A DNA stretch of 39,892 nt from a virus (taxonomy: Duplodnaviria > Caudoviricetes), in IMG/VR virus record IMGVR_UViG_3300009117_000002, positions 1-39,892 of that record; one strand, written 5' to 3'. Shown here piece by piece: positions 17,884 to 28,064 of this stretch. Position numbers and translations under genes: made by a program. The notes below the pieces were generated by a model. The model saw nothing but the letters and a program-made list of their open reading frames with translations. It was not told the DNA's origin and ran no database searches. Numbering within the stretch: the stretch's first letter is position 1; every line of letters begins with the position of its first letter.

Positions 17884-18269
17884 TGACTATCGCCGAAGTC
17901 CGGGATTGGCTCAAGACGCAGATAGAATCCCCCGCCTGGTACATCGGGAAGATAGACGGCAGCAAGGAGCAGTGCATGGGCCTGTACAATGTTACCGGGC
18001 CGGTCCCCAATATCGCTGTCGGCGGGCTGGAGAATACCAGCTACGCCACCAAGGCCGTATCAATCCTGGTGCACTGGGGCAAAAACGCTGCCATTGCGGA
18101 ACAAAAGGCGCAGGAAGTGTATCAGGCTTTGTTCGGGCAGAAAGCCACGATTAGCGGGAAAAGGGTCCTCATGTTCAAAATGCGAACCTCTGAGCCTGCC
18201 AACGTTGGCACCGATGAAAAAGGCATATATGAGTATGTGATCGAGACGATTATATTTTATGAAAGGTAG
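17880..18269 (+). CDS. Tail terminator / 'minor capsid 3'-like protein
   Basis: VGTDEKGIYEYVIE; synteny. Confidence 0.75.
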   Translation: MMTIAEVRDWLKTQIESPAWYIGKIDGSKEQCMGLYNVTGPVPNIAVGGLENTSYATKAVSILVHWGKNAAIAEQKAQEVYQALFGQKATISGKRVLMFKMRTSEPANVGTDEKGIYEYVIETIIFYER

Positions 18270-18279
18270 GTAAGACCAA

Positions 18280-18729
18280 ATGAGTGTACCGACTGGTGTA
18301 TATCCTGTTTTTGATCTGGAATTCAATATCGGCATCAACGGAAGGGCGAGCACCGCTGACGACATGGTCGTGATAAAGGATATGGAGACGTTTTCTCCTT
18401 CTGTCGATGGAAATGTCGAAGAGTGGACACCTATGGACACCGAGGGCTGGATCCGGCGCCTGATGACCGGGAAGGGGTTCGCAATTAGCCTTAACGGCAA
18501 GCGCCATGTAGGCGACCCCGGCAACGATTACATAGCGGGTATGGCTTGGAAATCAGGGCTGCAATGCTCCAGCAAAGGCGAGATTAAATTTCCCGATGGT
18601 GACAAACTGGCATTCGATTGTATTGTGAATGTGAGCACTCCCTTTGGTGGGGATAGCACGAACGTTTCTGGCCTGGAGTTCGAGCTGCAGAGTGACGGCA
18701 AACCGACCTATACAGTGGCAACACCATAA
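18280..18729 (+). CDS. Major tail (tube) protein
   Basis: GKRHVGDPGNDY, LEFELQSDGKP. Confidence 0.82.
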   Translation: MSVPTGVYPVFDLEFNIGINGRASTADDMVVIKDMETFSPSVDGNVEEWTPMDTEGWIRRLMTGKGFAISLNGKRHVGDPGNDYIAGMAWKSGLQCSSKGEIKFPDGDKLAFDCIVNVSTPFGGDSTNVSGLEFELQSDGKPTYTVATP

Positions 18730-18742
18730 GGGGGACTGACTA

Positions 18743-19072
18743 ATGGCAAAGGTATACGACATATCGAACAAGATAACCAACGAGCGGCCTGTGCTGAAGC
18801 TGAGCGAGGACAAGGTATATGAGATCGATGACAGTAAAAACACCATGCTTCTCCTGAACCAAAAGATAAAAAATGAGGACATGGAAGACCTGTCCGTCCT
18901 GGATGAGATTGAGAAGGTGGTCCTTGGGGAAGAGGCCGTAAAGGAAATAGACGAGATGAAGCTCTCCACAGAATCTCACCAGAATATTATCATCGCTATC
19001 ATGGCGGCTGCCACCGGGGAAGACTTCGAGGTCGCGGAGGCTAGGTTTCGTAAAGCGGCGGAAAAGCTATGA
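18743..19072 (+). CDS. Tail assembly chaperone
   Basis: Acidic 109-aa ORF after the MTP, ending EARFRK. Confidence 0.75.
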   Translation: MAKVYDISNKITNERPVLKLSEDKVYEIDDSKNTMLLLNQKIKNEDMEDLSVLDEIEKVVLGEEAVKEIDEMKLSTESHQNIIIAIMAAATGEDFEVAEARFRKAAEKL

Positions 19073-19412
19073 TGATTGGTACGACCTCTACGAGGATTAT
19101 GATCTGATTGATGCCAGCTTTACCGCCCAGTACGGGATTCGCCTCAGAAATGAACCGGACATGTCCTGGGGCGAGTTCTGTACCCTTTTGGCGGGGATCA
19201 TGCCGGAAACGCCTCTGGGGCAAGTAGTCTCTATACGCTCGGAGAACGATAAGAATATGCTGAAGCATTTCACACCGGAGCAGCATCGAATCCGGAATGA
19301 GTGGAGAAGCCGACAGGCCGAAGAGATGATGAGGAATCCGGCGAATGCGGCAAGTATGGTACGGTCGTTTCAGGAAGCCTGTAAACAGGCGTTTGGGCGG
19401 CCATTAAAGTGA
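19068..19412 (+). CDS. Gp15-like chaperone extension, probably reached by +1 frameshift
   Basis: WYDLYEDYDLIDASF..QYGIRL..MSWGEF..LLAG..PETPLG..VSIRSE lies partly upstream of the first ATG (19161). Confidence 0.7.
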   Translation, partial: YDDWYDLYEDYDLIDASFTAQYGIRLRNEPDMSWGEFCTLLAGIMPETPLGQVVSIRSENDKNMLKHFTPEQHRIRNEWRSRQAEEMMRNPANAASMVRSFQEACKQAFGRPLK

Positions 19413-19422
19413 GGTGATATAA

Positions 19423-19563
19423 GTGACAGCAGACCAAAGGTTAAAGCTTGAGAATATGCTGCTTGATTTTATTGAAGATACCATTAAGAATACGACTTCC
19501 GAAGATGCAATGAAAGTGCTCCCGGAAGTCGCAAGGGTATTGGTAGACCTAAATAAATTTTAA
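19423..19563 (+). CDS. Small hypothetical protein (46 aa)
   Basis: GAGGTG RBS; ..VLPEVARVL..; stop overlaps a convergent ORF. Confidence 0.5.
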   Translation: MTADQRLKLENMLLDFIEDTIKNTTSEDAMKVLPEVARVLVDLNKF

Positions 19564-19724
19564 TCCTTGCTTTGGTCGGTTTGGTCATCTAGTTCTACGA
19601 GCTTGTTATATATGGCTTCAAAAAATTCTGCGACGAGCTCTCCAGATTTTTTGTCTATTGGGATATTGGTGTTTGACGTTCTGGCGACAACTATTTCTTT
19701 TGTATAATCAAAAGCTTTAGACAT
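19560..19724 (-). CDS. Antisense moron, 54-aa hypothetical protein
   Basis: GGAGGTG RBS before ATG 19724; sigma-H-like promoter at 19769-19793. Confidence 0.65.
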   Translation of the reverse strand: MSKAFDYTKEIVVARTSNTNIPIDKKSGELVAEFFEAIYNKLVELDDQTDQSKD

Positions 19725-19849
19725 ATGTTCACCTCCCCTCTGCAAGAAATGGTATAGGCTACTATCTTTTTCGACAGAGGGGAGGTGAATCCTTGGGATT
19801 GCAGGAAATGTTGCCCCCGGGAGAGAATTGAAGGGAAAAGGGGAGGGGG

Positions 19850-20200
19850 GTGACACAGATGGGATTATGGGAAGGAATCAAAGAGCAAGTAAAGAAAGAC
19901 ATGGAAAAACAAGCGGAGAGAAATGAAATAAAGAAGCAAGAGAAACGGGAAGCTAAGCAGTATCAAAAAGACAGGATCGAACAGCTTAAACGGGATCACG
20001 TTCCTTTTTGCCCCCGCTGCAAAAGCACTAATATTACATTTGTTCGGAAGAGGTTTAGTCTAGGTCGAACAGTGGCCGGCGGTGTAGTTGGCTCACTTTT
20101 TAGTCCCATAGCCGGTGGCGCAGGTGCTGTGCTCGGAGGGCTGAGTAGTAAAAAGGGCAAAGTCAAATGCCTTAAATGCGGTAAGGAATGGAAAATATAA
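19850..20200 (+). CDS. Moron: Zn-ribbon protein with a glycine-zipper membrane segment
   Basis: CPRCKS...CLKCGKEW; GGVVGSLFSPIAGGAGAVLGG; own promoter and terminator. Confidence 0.75.
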   Translation: MTQMGLWEGIKEQVKKDMEKQAERNEIKKQEKREAKQYQKDRIEQLKRDHVPFCPRCKSTNITFVRKRFSLGRTVAGGVVGSLFSPIAGGAGAVLGGLSSKKGKVKCLKCGKEWKI

Positions 20201-20230
20201 AGATTTAATTTAATATTAAAGGATTAAGTT

Positions 20231-20258
20231 GAGCGCTCTAAAGGGCGCTTTTTTATTT
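20231..20258 (+). terminator. Rho-independent terminator
   Basis: AGCGCTCT-AA-AGGGCGCT followed by TTTTATTT. Confidence 0.75.
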
Positions 20259-20279
20259 GCTCTGAAAGGTGGTGAGACA

Positions 20280-23219
20280 GTGGCAGATAGCGTAGGCAAA
20301 ATTCAATTAGATCTCGAGATTACTCCGAGCTCTATATCCCGGGAACTAGGAGCTGTTAACAAAGCCTTCAGCAGCGGGCTGCAGGGAATGTTTGGCAACA
20401 TTAAAAACTTCGCCAAAACTACGATCGGCGACATTGCAGGCCAAATAAGGAAAGCTGCCGGCGTAAAAGATGAAATACTTCCGGATCCCGAGGCTGAGGA
20501 GATGAGCGCAAAGTTCGGGGGTTCCATCAAGAGGATGGAAGAGAAGATGGCATCTCTCCGCTCCGGGGTGGATAAAACCAACTCCAAGATAGCAGAACTC
20601 CGAACAAGTATGGCGGATTTGCTTGCCGAGCAGGATGCAATAGCAAGAGGATATGCAGAAATGCCCCCGATCGGAGGTCTGACAAAGGACCAGAGCATGG
20701 AAAAGCTCCTTGCCTCGGATACCCGCTATGGAAAGTTATCCGCAGAGATAGAAGCACTGGAGTTGAGAATCCAAAGCCTGGGGAACAGAAACAAGCAGGC
20801 AGCGGGGGAAATGGGAGTGCTGGGTCGTGCAATAGACAGAGTAAAAGAGGCTGCCTCTCAGGCGTCAGGCTCCACTGAACGGCTTGAAAAGTCGTCTTCC
20901 AGGGCAGGAAAGGCAGCCCAAAAAACCAGCGGGCATATCTCCCGAGTGGGCGACAGTGCCCGTGGTGCTACTGGAAAGATCGCGGGCTATGCTATTGGGA
21001 TGCAAAGAGCGTTCACCAGGGTTTTGAAGCAAATTTTTGTTTTTGCGCTTCTTTATAAAGCTATTCGGGGTATGACTGAGTATGTGGGCTCTGCACTGCA
21101 AACCAATCAGGCCTTCAGCAATTCTCTAGCGCAGGTTAAAACGAATCTCCAAGTGGCTTTTATGCCCATTTACCAGGCTATCCTTCCTGCGCTCAACAGC
21201 CTCATGGCCTGGCTGGCGAAGGCTACGGCCTATATAGCCTCGTTTGTTTCGGCGCTGTTTGGAAAGACCTACAAACAAAGCTTCCAAGCGGCCCAAGCTA
21301 TGAGCACAGCGCAGAAAAATTTGAGTGACACCGGAAAGGCAGCGAAGAAAAGTCTGGAGTCCACGGCTAAGGCGGCAAGGAAAGCGACCAAAGAAGCGCA
21401 AGGCGCGTTGCTTGCCTTCGATGAAATCCATGTCTTAAACCTGGACAAGGGAGACGAAGGAGACACAGGGGATGAGGGGGCAGGGGGCGGGGCAGATGAA
21501 CCCGGCCTGGTCGCTCCATCGATGGATATGGGCGCTGTAGACAGTCAGATGCAAACCCTGGCCGACAAAGTTAAGTCCGTATTCGCTACGCTCTTCCAGC
21601 CGTTCAAGGCAGCATGGGAGAACGAGGGCGCCGCTACGATAGCTGCTGCCAAGTATGCCCTGGACGGCATTTGGGCGCTCATAAAAGAGATCGGTAAGAG
21701 CTTTGCCGAGGTGTGGACGAATGGGAGTGGCCAGGCGGTTTTGGAGGTAATCCTGCGTATCCTTCAGCAGATTTTTGGCTTGATTGGCGACATAGGATAC
21801 ACCTTTGCCAACGCCTGGGCGGAAGGCGGGCGAGGTACGGCAATAGTCCAAGGGTTAGCCAACGTGTTTTTGCATCTGCTTGGACTGGTGGAGAGGATCG
21901 GTATTTCTCTCCGCAGTGTGTGGGGCGAGGTCGGGGCTACTGTGGCGAGGGTATTCCTAGATATTATCGGAGCTACTGTTGGCGTTTTGGAAAATCTGGC
22001 TGAAAAGCTGCTGTGGGTATGGGATCATGGCGGACAACACCTCTTTGAAAGCCTGATCAAACTGGGCGCTAAAATCTTCGAGCTTGCCGGATATATCTAC
22101 ACGGAGTTTGTGGTTCCGTTTGTAAACGGATTCGTTAATATGATGGCTCCGGCTGTAGCTGTGGTTCTCGACGGTTTGGGATGGTTACTGGATAAATTTA
22201 CAGCACTCATAGACTGGTTGCTAGGGGACGGAAAACCTGTTTTGAACACGATTGTAACTGTGCTGGGGAGTCTGGCTTTGGCTTTTAGCACTGTGAAACT
22301 AGCTACGATAGCATATCAGGGTGTGCTGACCGTGTTAAATGGTGTCATGAAGGCGGTACAACTGGCAAGCAGCATAATGCAGAAGGGACTTCTCGCTTCT
22401 CTGGGACCGTTTAACTTGGCTGTGCTTGCAATCGGAGCCCTCATTGCTATCGGTATTCTTCTCTACAAAAACTGGGATGAGATATCTGCTTGGCTGAAGA
22501 AGACGTGGGATGGTATCAAAACCGCAGCCGTTGAGATTTTTGACGCTATCAAGGATGCCATCACCGGCGCCTTTGATTCCGCAAAAACCACAGTGCTCAG
22601 CATCTGGGACACCATAACAACCGCGGTTGTTAAGATATGGGGAGATATAAAAACTACTGCATCCACTATTTTTAATGCCGTTAGAGATGCTGTAGTAGGC
22701 GCCTTTAATTCCGTATATACCGGCGTGACAGGCGTTTTCGGCAGGCTGGAAACCTTCATCAGCGGGGTCTGCAACAGTATTGCCGGTTTTTTCAGGAGCA
22801 TGGTCAACGCTGTAATCCGTGGTCTGAACGCTATGATCCGGGGCTTAAACAGGCTCAAAGTGAACATCCCGGACTGGGTACCCGGCCTTGGCGGGAAGTC
22901 GCTGGGATTCAACATCCCTCAGATTCCCCAGCTGGCCAAAGGTGGTATCGTAGAGCAGCCCACCCTGGCGATGATCGGGGAGAAGAGGAAGAAAGAGGCC
23001 GTTGTCCCGCTGGAGCAAAATACCGAGTGGATGGATAAACTGATAGCCCGTTTTGTGGCGGCCATGCAGGCCGTGCAGGCTACGGCCGGCAGCGGCGAAG
23101 AGGGTCCGTGGATTTTCCAGTTTATCTTAAACGGCAAAATAGCCTACGAGGCAGTCATTGACGAGGCGAAGCGCCGAAACGCCCGCGCTGGCAAAACCAT
23201 AGCCATTCCAGTTGGGTAG
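20280..23219 (+). CDS. Tape measure protein
   Basis: ~980 aa helical protein, 11/22-aa aromatic periodicity, LAKGGIV..PTLAMIGE. Confidence 0.92.
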   Translation: MADSVGKIQLDLEITPSSISRELGAVNKAFSSGLQGMFGNIKNFAKTTIGDIAGQIRKAAGVKDEILPDPEAEEMSAKFGGSIKRMEEKMASLRSGVDKTNSKIAELRTSMADLLAEQDAIARGYAEMPPIGGLTKDQSMEKLLASDTRYGKLSAEIEALELRIQSLGNRNKQAAGEMGVLGRAIDRVKEAASQASGSTERLEKSSSRAGKAAQKTSGHISRVGDSARGATGKIAGYAIGMQRAFTRVLKQIFVFALLYKAIRGMTEYVGSALQTNQAFSNSLAQVKTNLQVAFMPIYQAILPALNSLMAWLAKATAYIASFVSALFGKTYKQSFQAAQAMSTAQKNLSDTGKAAKKSLESTAKAARKATKEAQGALLAFDEIHVLNLDKGDEGDTGDEGAGGGADEPGLVAPSMDMGAVDSQMQTLADKVKSVFATLFQPFKAAWENEGAATIAAAKYALDGIWALIKEIGKSFAEVWTNGSGQAVLEVILRILQQIFGLIGDIGYTFANAWAEGGRGTAIVQGLANVFLHLLGLVERIGISLRSVWGEVGATVARVFLDIIGATVGVLENLAEKLLWVWDHGGQHLFESLIKLGAKIFELAGYIYTEFVVPFVNGFVNMMAPAVAVVLDGLGWLLDKFTALIDWLLGDGKPVLNTIVTVLGSLALAFSTVKLATIAYQGVLTVLNGVMKAVQLASSIMQKGLLASLGPFNLAVLAIGALIAIGILLYKNWDEISAWLKKTWDGIKTAAVEIFDAIKDAITGAFDSAKTTVLSIWDTITTAVVKIWGDIKTTASTIFNAVRDAVVGAFNSVYTGVTGVFGRLETFISGVCNSIAGFFRSMVNAVIRGLNAMIRGLNRLKVNIPDWVPGLGGKSLGFNIPQIPQLAKGGIVEQPTLAMIGEKRKKEAVVPLEQNTEWMDKLIARFVAAMQAVQATAGSGEEGPWIFQFILNGKIAYEAVIDEAKRRNARAGKTIAIPVG

Positions 23220-23231
23220 GAGGTGTAGTTC

Positions 23232-23645
23232 TTGAGTGTCAACGTACCCATTAAATCTGTCACCCCTGCAAACGCAAACGGCGTCGCCATTGGTCCATCT
23301 GTAACAAATTTTCCTGCTCCCACTAAGAGCGATTGGTCAAAAATGGACATATCCGCTCCTGATGCGGGGCGTTTAGAGTCGGGCAGGATGCTAAAAAAAA
23401 GGAAAGGCAAAACCGATAGACTCGATTTAGAATGGAACTTTATCAGCCGAGCAGACACTGCATTCGTCTTACAAACTTTTGATCACGAGTATACTCTTGT
23501 TGAATACCTAGATGCCAAAGCGGGGCAATGGGTTACAAAGCATTTTTATACCGGGGACATGAAAACTACCGGATGGATTCCTCATTGCGATGAGTGGGAG
23601 TCCGTATCGCTTGCTATCATCAGGGCAACGCCGGATCCGAGATAA
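23232..23645 (+). CDS. Distal tail protein
   Basis: DAGRLESGRM, FYTGD; follows the TMP. Confidence 0.7.
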   Translation: MSVNVPIKSVTPANANGVAIGPSVTNFPAPTKSDWSKMDISAPDAGRLESGRMLKKRKGKTDRLDLEWNFISRADTAFVLQTFDHEYTLVEYLDAKAGQWVTKHFYTGDMKTTGWIPHCDEWESVSLAIIRATPDPR

Positions 23646-23658
23646 AGGGTGATAATAC

Positions 23659-26600
23659 ATGCAAAACCTAAGCGCAAACCAAAAGCAACACCTTTACGAA
23701 GGCGGCGACGTAAAGGTCACAATCAGCGGAGAAACGCTGGACGGCGTGTCTGTCACCATCACCGAAGACGATATTGTCGAGGGGACCTTCAGCATCGAGC
23801 GCAGCTGGGTCTCCGGCTCCGGCCTGGAGATCGGCTGTGCCGATACGTCAGAGCTGGTCTTTACTTTGGACAACGAGGACGGCCGGTGGAGCGGTTATCG
23901 CTGGGAGGGCACCAGGCTCACCGTTGTGCTGGATATCGACGATGAACCTATGCAGGCAGGCACCTTCACCATAGACGAACCACCTCAGAAGCTGACCACA
24001 ATGCAAATCAGGGCGTTGGACAACATGGCCAGGTTTAACCGGCCATACGTCCCCGGCATAGCTTATCCCGCTACTCTGCGGCAGATACTGCTGGACGCTT
24101 GCAGCAGGTGTGGCGTTGCCCTGTTCACCCAAAGCTTTGATAATGATATTTACGTTGTCTCCCAAAGGCCCGAGGGCGACGATATCACTTTTCATCACAT
24201 CGTTAGCTGGGTGGCCGAACTGGCCGGCTGCAATGCCTGGATAGACCAGATGGGCAGGCTTCACCTGTCTTGGTATGGGGAGAATCAGCCAGCGGATGGG
24301 ACGGCCTTCTTCTTTATTACGCCGAACATGATCGTGGAAGACGAGGATCCGGCCCTGATAGTCGGTCCGGACGACAGGTTCAGCTACGAGCTGGCTGAGG
24401 CCGACATTGAGATCACCGGCATCGTCTACTGCACGGAAGACACGGACTACCTGGCCGGTAACGATAAGTATGCCCTGGTCATTGAGGAGAATCTGCTGTT
24501 GCAGGACAACTATGAATCTCTCCTCAATTCGCTGCTATCGAAGCTAGGCGGATTTAAGTATCGACCCTATAAGTTTGAAACTATCGGTTATCCCCACCTG
24601 TGGCCTGGGGATAAGATTACCAGGCTGATCGACGCTGAAGGCAACATAACCACTAGCATCATAACAAACCATACATATAAACTGAACGGCAATTCCAGCG
24701 TAGAAGCCAAGGGCGAGACGGAGACCGTCAAGGGATATGCTACCGGAGCGCCGTTCACGCCTTCCCAGAAGCGAGTTTTACAGGCGGTGGCCAAGGTTGA
24801 AGCTGCCCGGCAAACGTCGTCCATGGAACAGGCCGTCCTGCAGCTTAACGAACTAATGGTGAATTCACTGGGCTTTTATACCACGACGGTAGAGCTTGAG
24901 ACGGGGGCCAAGATCACCTACACCCATGACAAGCCCACTCTTGATGAGAGCCAGATCATCTGGACGCAGACAGAACTAGGTTTCGCCTGGACGGACCAAG
25001 GATGGCAAGGCGGCAGCCCTGTTTGGAACTACGGGATTACCGCTGATGGCAACATTATCGTCAAGCTCCTGACAGTCATCGGGGTAAATGCGGAGTGGAT
25101 GAACACCGGAACCCTCACCGTTGGAGGCGAGGGCAATGAAGTTATCATTTCAGTGTTAGGGCCTACCGGTGAGGAGGAGATCGGGCACTGGGATAATACG
25201 GGCTTCAAAATAGAGTATGGTAGTATCGGAGGCAACGATGTCGCTGACTTAGAGACCAAGGAAGGCGCCCAGGGGAAAGCAGACACAGCGCGAACCGCCG
25301 CGGAAGCAGTGGCAGTGGCGCAAGCGGCCTTAGCGCAGACAAATGCCGAGGCACATGCGGATGGGGTTGTTTCAGCAGAGGAGCAGGCCAGAATCGACCA
25401 AGCAACAACTAACCTTGCGACGGCAAAAACATATGCCGAACAAAAAGCCCAGGAAGCCGAAGAAGCCGCAAACCTATACACCTCCCAACAATTGGCAAAC
25501 TATGTGGATGTAGCCCTATACGAGCAGGACATAGAAGCATTACAGGCTCAGGTGGATGGCAGCATTACCACATGGTTTTACGACGGTGTTCCTACACTGA
25601 ACAATGCTCCGGCTAACGAGTGGACAACAACGGACCTGAAAAATCAGCATCTGGGCGATCTCTATTACGACAATGCAACAGGATATGCTTACAGGTTTAG
25701 ACTAGACGAGTCTACTTATAGCTGGCTAAGGATCACGGACAGCGATGTAACTAAAGCATTGCAAGATGCGGCAACGGCGAAAGATGTTGCCGATAGTAAG
25801 CGAAGGGTGTTTGTTTCTACTCCTACTCCCCCGTATGATATAGGAGACCTATGGACGCAGGGGTCAAATGGGGATCTGTATAAATGCAAGGTAGCACGGA
25901 GCACCGGCAGCTACGTCGCTGGGGATTGGGAAAAAGCTGTGAAGTATACAGACGACACGGTAGCAATTGCTGCTCAAAGCGCAGCAGAAACAGCAAACGA
26001 GTTGCTAGCCGACATCGCCAGCGATGCCAAGCTGACGCCCGAAGAAAAGCAAGCCACCAAAAAAGAATGGGATGCCATTGCCATTGAGCATCCGACTATG
26101 ATCACCCAAGCTGAAGAGGCCGGAATAACGGCGGAGAAGTCCAACTATAATACCGCCTATAATAACCTGAATGATTATTTAAATGTCGGCAGCCCGTCAC
26201 TATTAAGGGACTTAACCACAACCAGCAGTATAGTAGGAACAACTTTCAGGAGTAAATTTGCCGACTATTACAACAAGAAGGCGGCCCTGCTCAAGGCTAT
26301 AACCGATACAAAAGTTTACAAGAAGAAAGTTATTTTCGAGATTAACAACAGCACGGAAACCGCCACAATTCAGGCTAGCAAGATCAATCTGGTTGGTGCG
26401 GTGACTGTGCTCTCTAGCATAGCAGGGAACCTGGGTACTATCACAGCTGGCGAACTAAAATTAGGAGGGACACCCTCATATCCCAACACACATCTACAAA
26501 GCGACGGCACTCTTAAAGCAGGAATGGGGGGCAGTACTCAATATTACTTTAAGGTCCCCTACAATGCGGATGGGATCTACAACTGTTTTCGGCCTGATTT

Positions 26601-27363
26601 CAGCGATTACGCCGCCGCCAGGTGGAAGCGTGATGATACGAATTATATTTACCATGATCCGTATGATTTTTTCATCAAAATGCGGAACGGGACAACTTGC
26701 TTTAGGATAGACGCTCACACGTCCAGCACTTGGATATATCGCCTTGGGAACACCAGCAACGAACATGTTAAGATAGTAACCGCCGGGGGAGGGCTGACGC
26801 TTGAAGGTTCCCCCATTAATTTTCACATGGATGCGAACGTCGATGGAATGTTCAGTGTCGCAGGCAGGATAATCACGGGAAGTTATATAAGTGCGGGCGG
26901 TTACATACGAGCTATCGGCGGCGTACTATCTGACGGCAATGTGGAAGCCGGCAATAATATGTATATCGCTGGCGAATATCTTGTTTTCAATGACAAAGCG
27001 ATACTCAAGGGCTTACCTGCGCCAAGATTACAAGTACGAAACGTAAATGACAATGGCTACCTTCCCATCTCAGCTTCTTCTTTCGACGTGGGAAGCAGCA
27101 GAGAATACAAAAAAAACATAGTTTTAGCGGAAGATACGGCGCTGGCCGCAGTAACCAGTACGCCCGTCTACAGCTTCCAACTTAAAGACGAGAATGGCGA
27201 GGGCGAAGGCAGGTATAGGATCGGCGTAGTTGTGGAAGAAGCCCCGGAAGAAGTGAAGAGCGATGATTGCGTGTCGCTCAGCGATTCTGTCGGCCTTCTG
27301 TGGAAGGCGATACAGGAATTAAGCATGAAGGTTGACGCCTTAGGAAAAGGGGGGGGGGAGTAA
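23659..27363 (+). CDS. Baseplate hub/central tail fiber with a C-terminal intramolecular chaperone (S74-like)
   Basis: Tal-like N-terminus; HLGDLYYD, PTPPYDIGDLW; SSREYKKNI...GVVVEE...LWKAIQEL. Confidence 0.85.
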   Translation: MQNLSANQKQHLYEGGDVKVTISGETLDGVSVTITEDDIVEGTFSIERSWVSGSGLEIGCADTSELVFTLDNEDGRWSGYRWEGTRLTVVLDIDDEPMQAGTFTIDEPPQKLTTMQIRALDNMARFNRPYVPGIAYPATLRQILLDACSRCGVALFTQSFDNDIYVVSQRPEGDDITFHHIVSWVAELAGCNAWIDQMGRLHLSWYGENQPADGTAFFFITPNMIVEDEDPALIVGPDDRFSYELAEADIEITGIVYCTEDTDYLAGNDKYALVIEENLLLQDNYESLLNSLLSKLGGFKYRPYKFETIGYPHLWPGDKITRLIDAEGNITTSIITNHTYKLNGNSSVEAKGETETVKGYATGAPFTPSQKRVLQAVAKVEAARQTSSMEQAVLQLNELMVNSLGFYTTTVELETGAKITYTHDKPTLDESQIIWTQTELGFAWTDQGWQGGSPVWNYGITADGNIIVKLLTVIGVNAEWMNTGTLTVGGEGNEVIISVLGPTGEEEIGHWDNTGFKIEYGSIGGNDVADLETKEGAQGKADTARTAAEAVAVAQAALAQTNAEAHADGVVSAEEQARIDQATTNLATAKTYAEQKAQEAEEAANLYTSQQLANYVDVALYEQDIEALQAQVDGSITTWFYDGVPTLNNAPANEWTTTDLKNQHLGDLYYDNATGYAYRFRLDESTYSWLRITDSDVTKALQDAATAKDVADSKRRVFVSTPTPPYDIGDLWTQGSNGDLYKCKVARSTGSYVAGDWEKAVKYTDDTVAIAAQSAAETANELLADIASDAKLTPEEKQATKKEWDAIAIEHPTMITQAEEAGITAEKSNYNTAYNNLNDYLNVGSPSLLRDLTTTSSIVGTTFRSKFADYYNKKAALLKAITDTKVYKKKVIFEINNSTETATIQASKINLVGAVTVLSSIAGNLGTITAGELKLGGTPSYPNTHLQSDGTLKAGMGGSTQYYFKVPYNADGIYNCFRPDFSDYAAARWKRDDTNYIYHDPYDFFIKMRNGTTCFRIDAHTSSTWIYRLGNTSNEHVKIVTAGGGLTLEGSPINFHMDANVDGMFSVAGRIITGSYISAGGYIRAIGGVLSDGNVEAGNNMYIAGEYLVFNDKAILKGLPAPRLQVRNVNDNGYLPISASSFDVGSSREYKKNIVLAEDTALAAVTSTPVYSFQLKDENGEGEGRYRIGVVVEEAPEEVKSDDCVSLSDSVGLLWKAIQELSMKVDALGKGGGE

Positions 27364-27364
27364 A

Positions 27365-27580
27365 TTGACGGAAAAAGCGCAGGTTCAGGAAGAAACCAAG
27401 GCAACAGAAGAAAAGCCGCAAGAAACCAAATGGCTCGACCCCAGCAAGGCTATCAGCAACTATCTGGTGCAATTTGTCAGCGAAGACGGCAAAACGGTTA
27501 TCAAAACTGTCTTGGCTAATAGATGCACCATCAATGTTGTCGATTTGGGGAAGCAGAGTTTGGCAGCGGAAATAAGATAA
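27365..27580 (+). CDS. Hypothetical tail-region protein
   Basis: G-rich RBS, TTG start. Confidence 0.5.
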   Translation: MTEKAQVQEETKATEEKPQETKWLDPSKAISNYLVQFVSEDGKTVIKTVLANRCTINVVDLGKQSLAAEIR

Positions 27581-27616
27581 CCATCTTTTTAAAATTACCT
27601 GTGAGGGGATGATATC

Positions 27617-28060
27617 ATGCCTGGAAACACAAAAAGCATTAAAAAAGATGTGGACGCCAAACCTGCGCCGCAAATTTTCAACCCTACGGCTGATGAATAT
27701 GAGTACCAACGGGGCAGAAATGGGATAGCGGCGGTTGAGCTCTACGGCCCGGACGGCAATCCGCTCAATACTACCAGCTGGAAGCTCAATATCCGGGCGA
27801 GCGAGCTGGAAACTGCGTTGGCGCAAATTCTAGCTAAGATCATAGCTGCACCGGCTACAGCGGCAAAGCAGGACACTATTGCGGGTCATGTTGATAGCGT
27901 TGAGAACCTATTGACAGCCATGCGAGATAGGGAAAAATTCGGCGCAACAGCCGCCGAAAGACCTGCCGCAGACGCAGTACCTGTAGGCACCGTATATATG
28001 GCCGTCAACTCTCAGGAGATCTGGCAGTCCAACGGCACGGAATGGATCGAGGTGGGGTAA
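27617..28060 (+). CDS. Tail-associated protein
   Basis: PAPQIFNP..DEYE; C-terminal RP....VGTVYM......IWQSNGTEW. Confidence 0.7.
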   Translation: MPGNTKSIKKDVDAKPAPQIFNPTADEYEYQRGRNGIAAVELYGPDGNPLNTTSWKLNIRASELETALAQILAKIIAAPATAAKQDTIAGHVDSVENLLTAMRDREKFGATAAERPAADAVPVGTVYMAVNSQEIWQSNGTEWIEVG

Positions 28061-28064
28061 ATAA

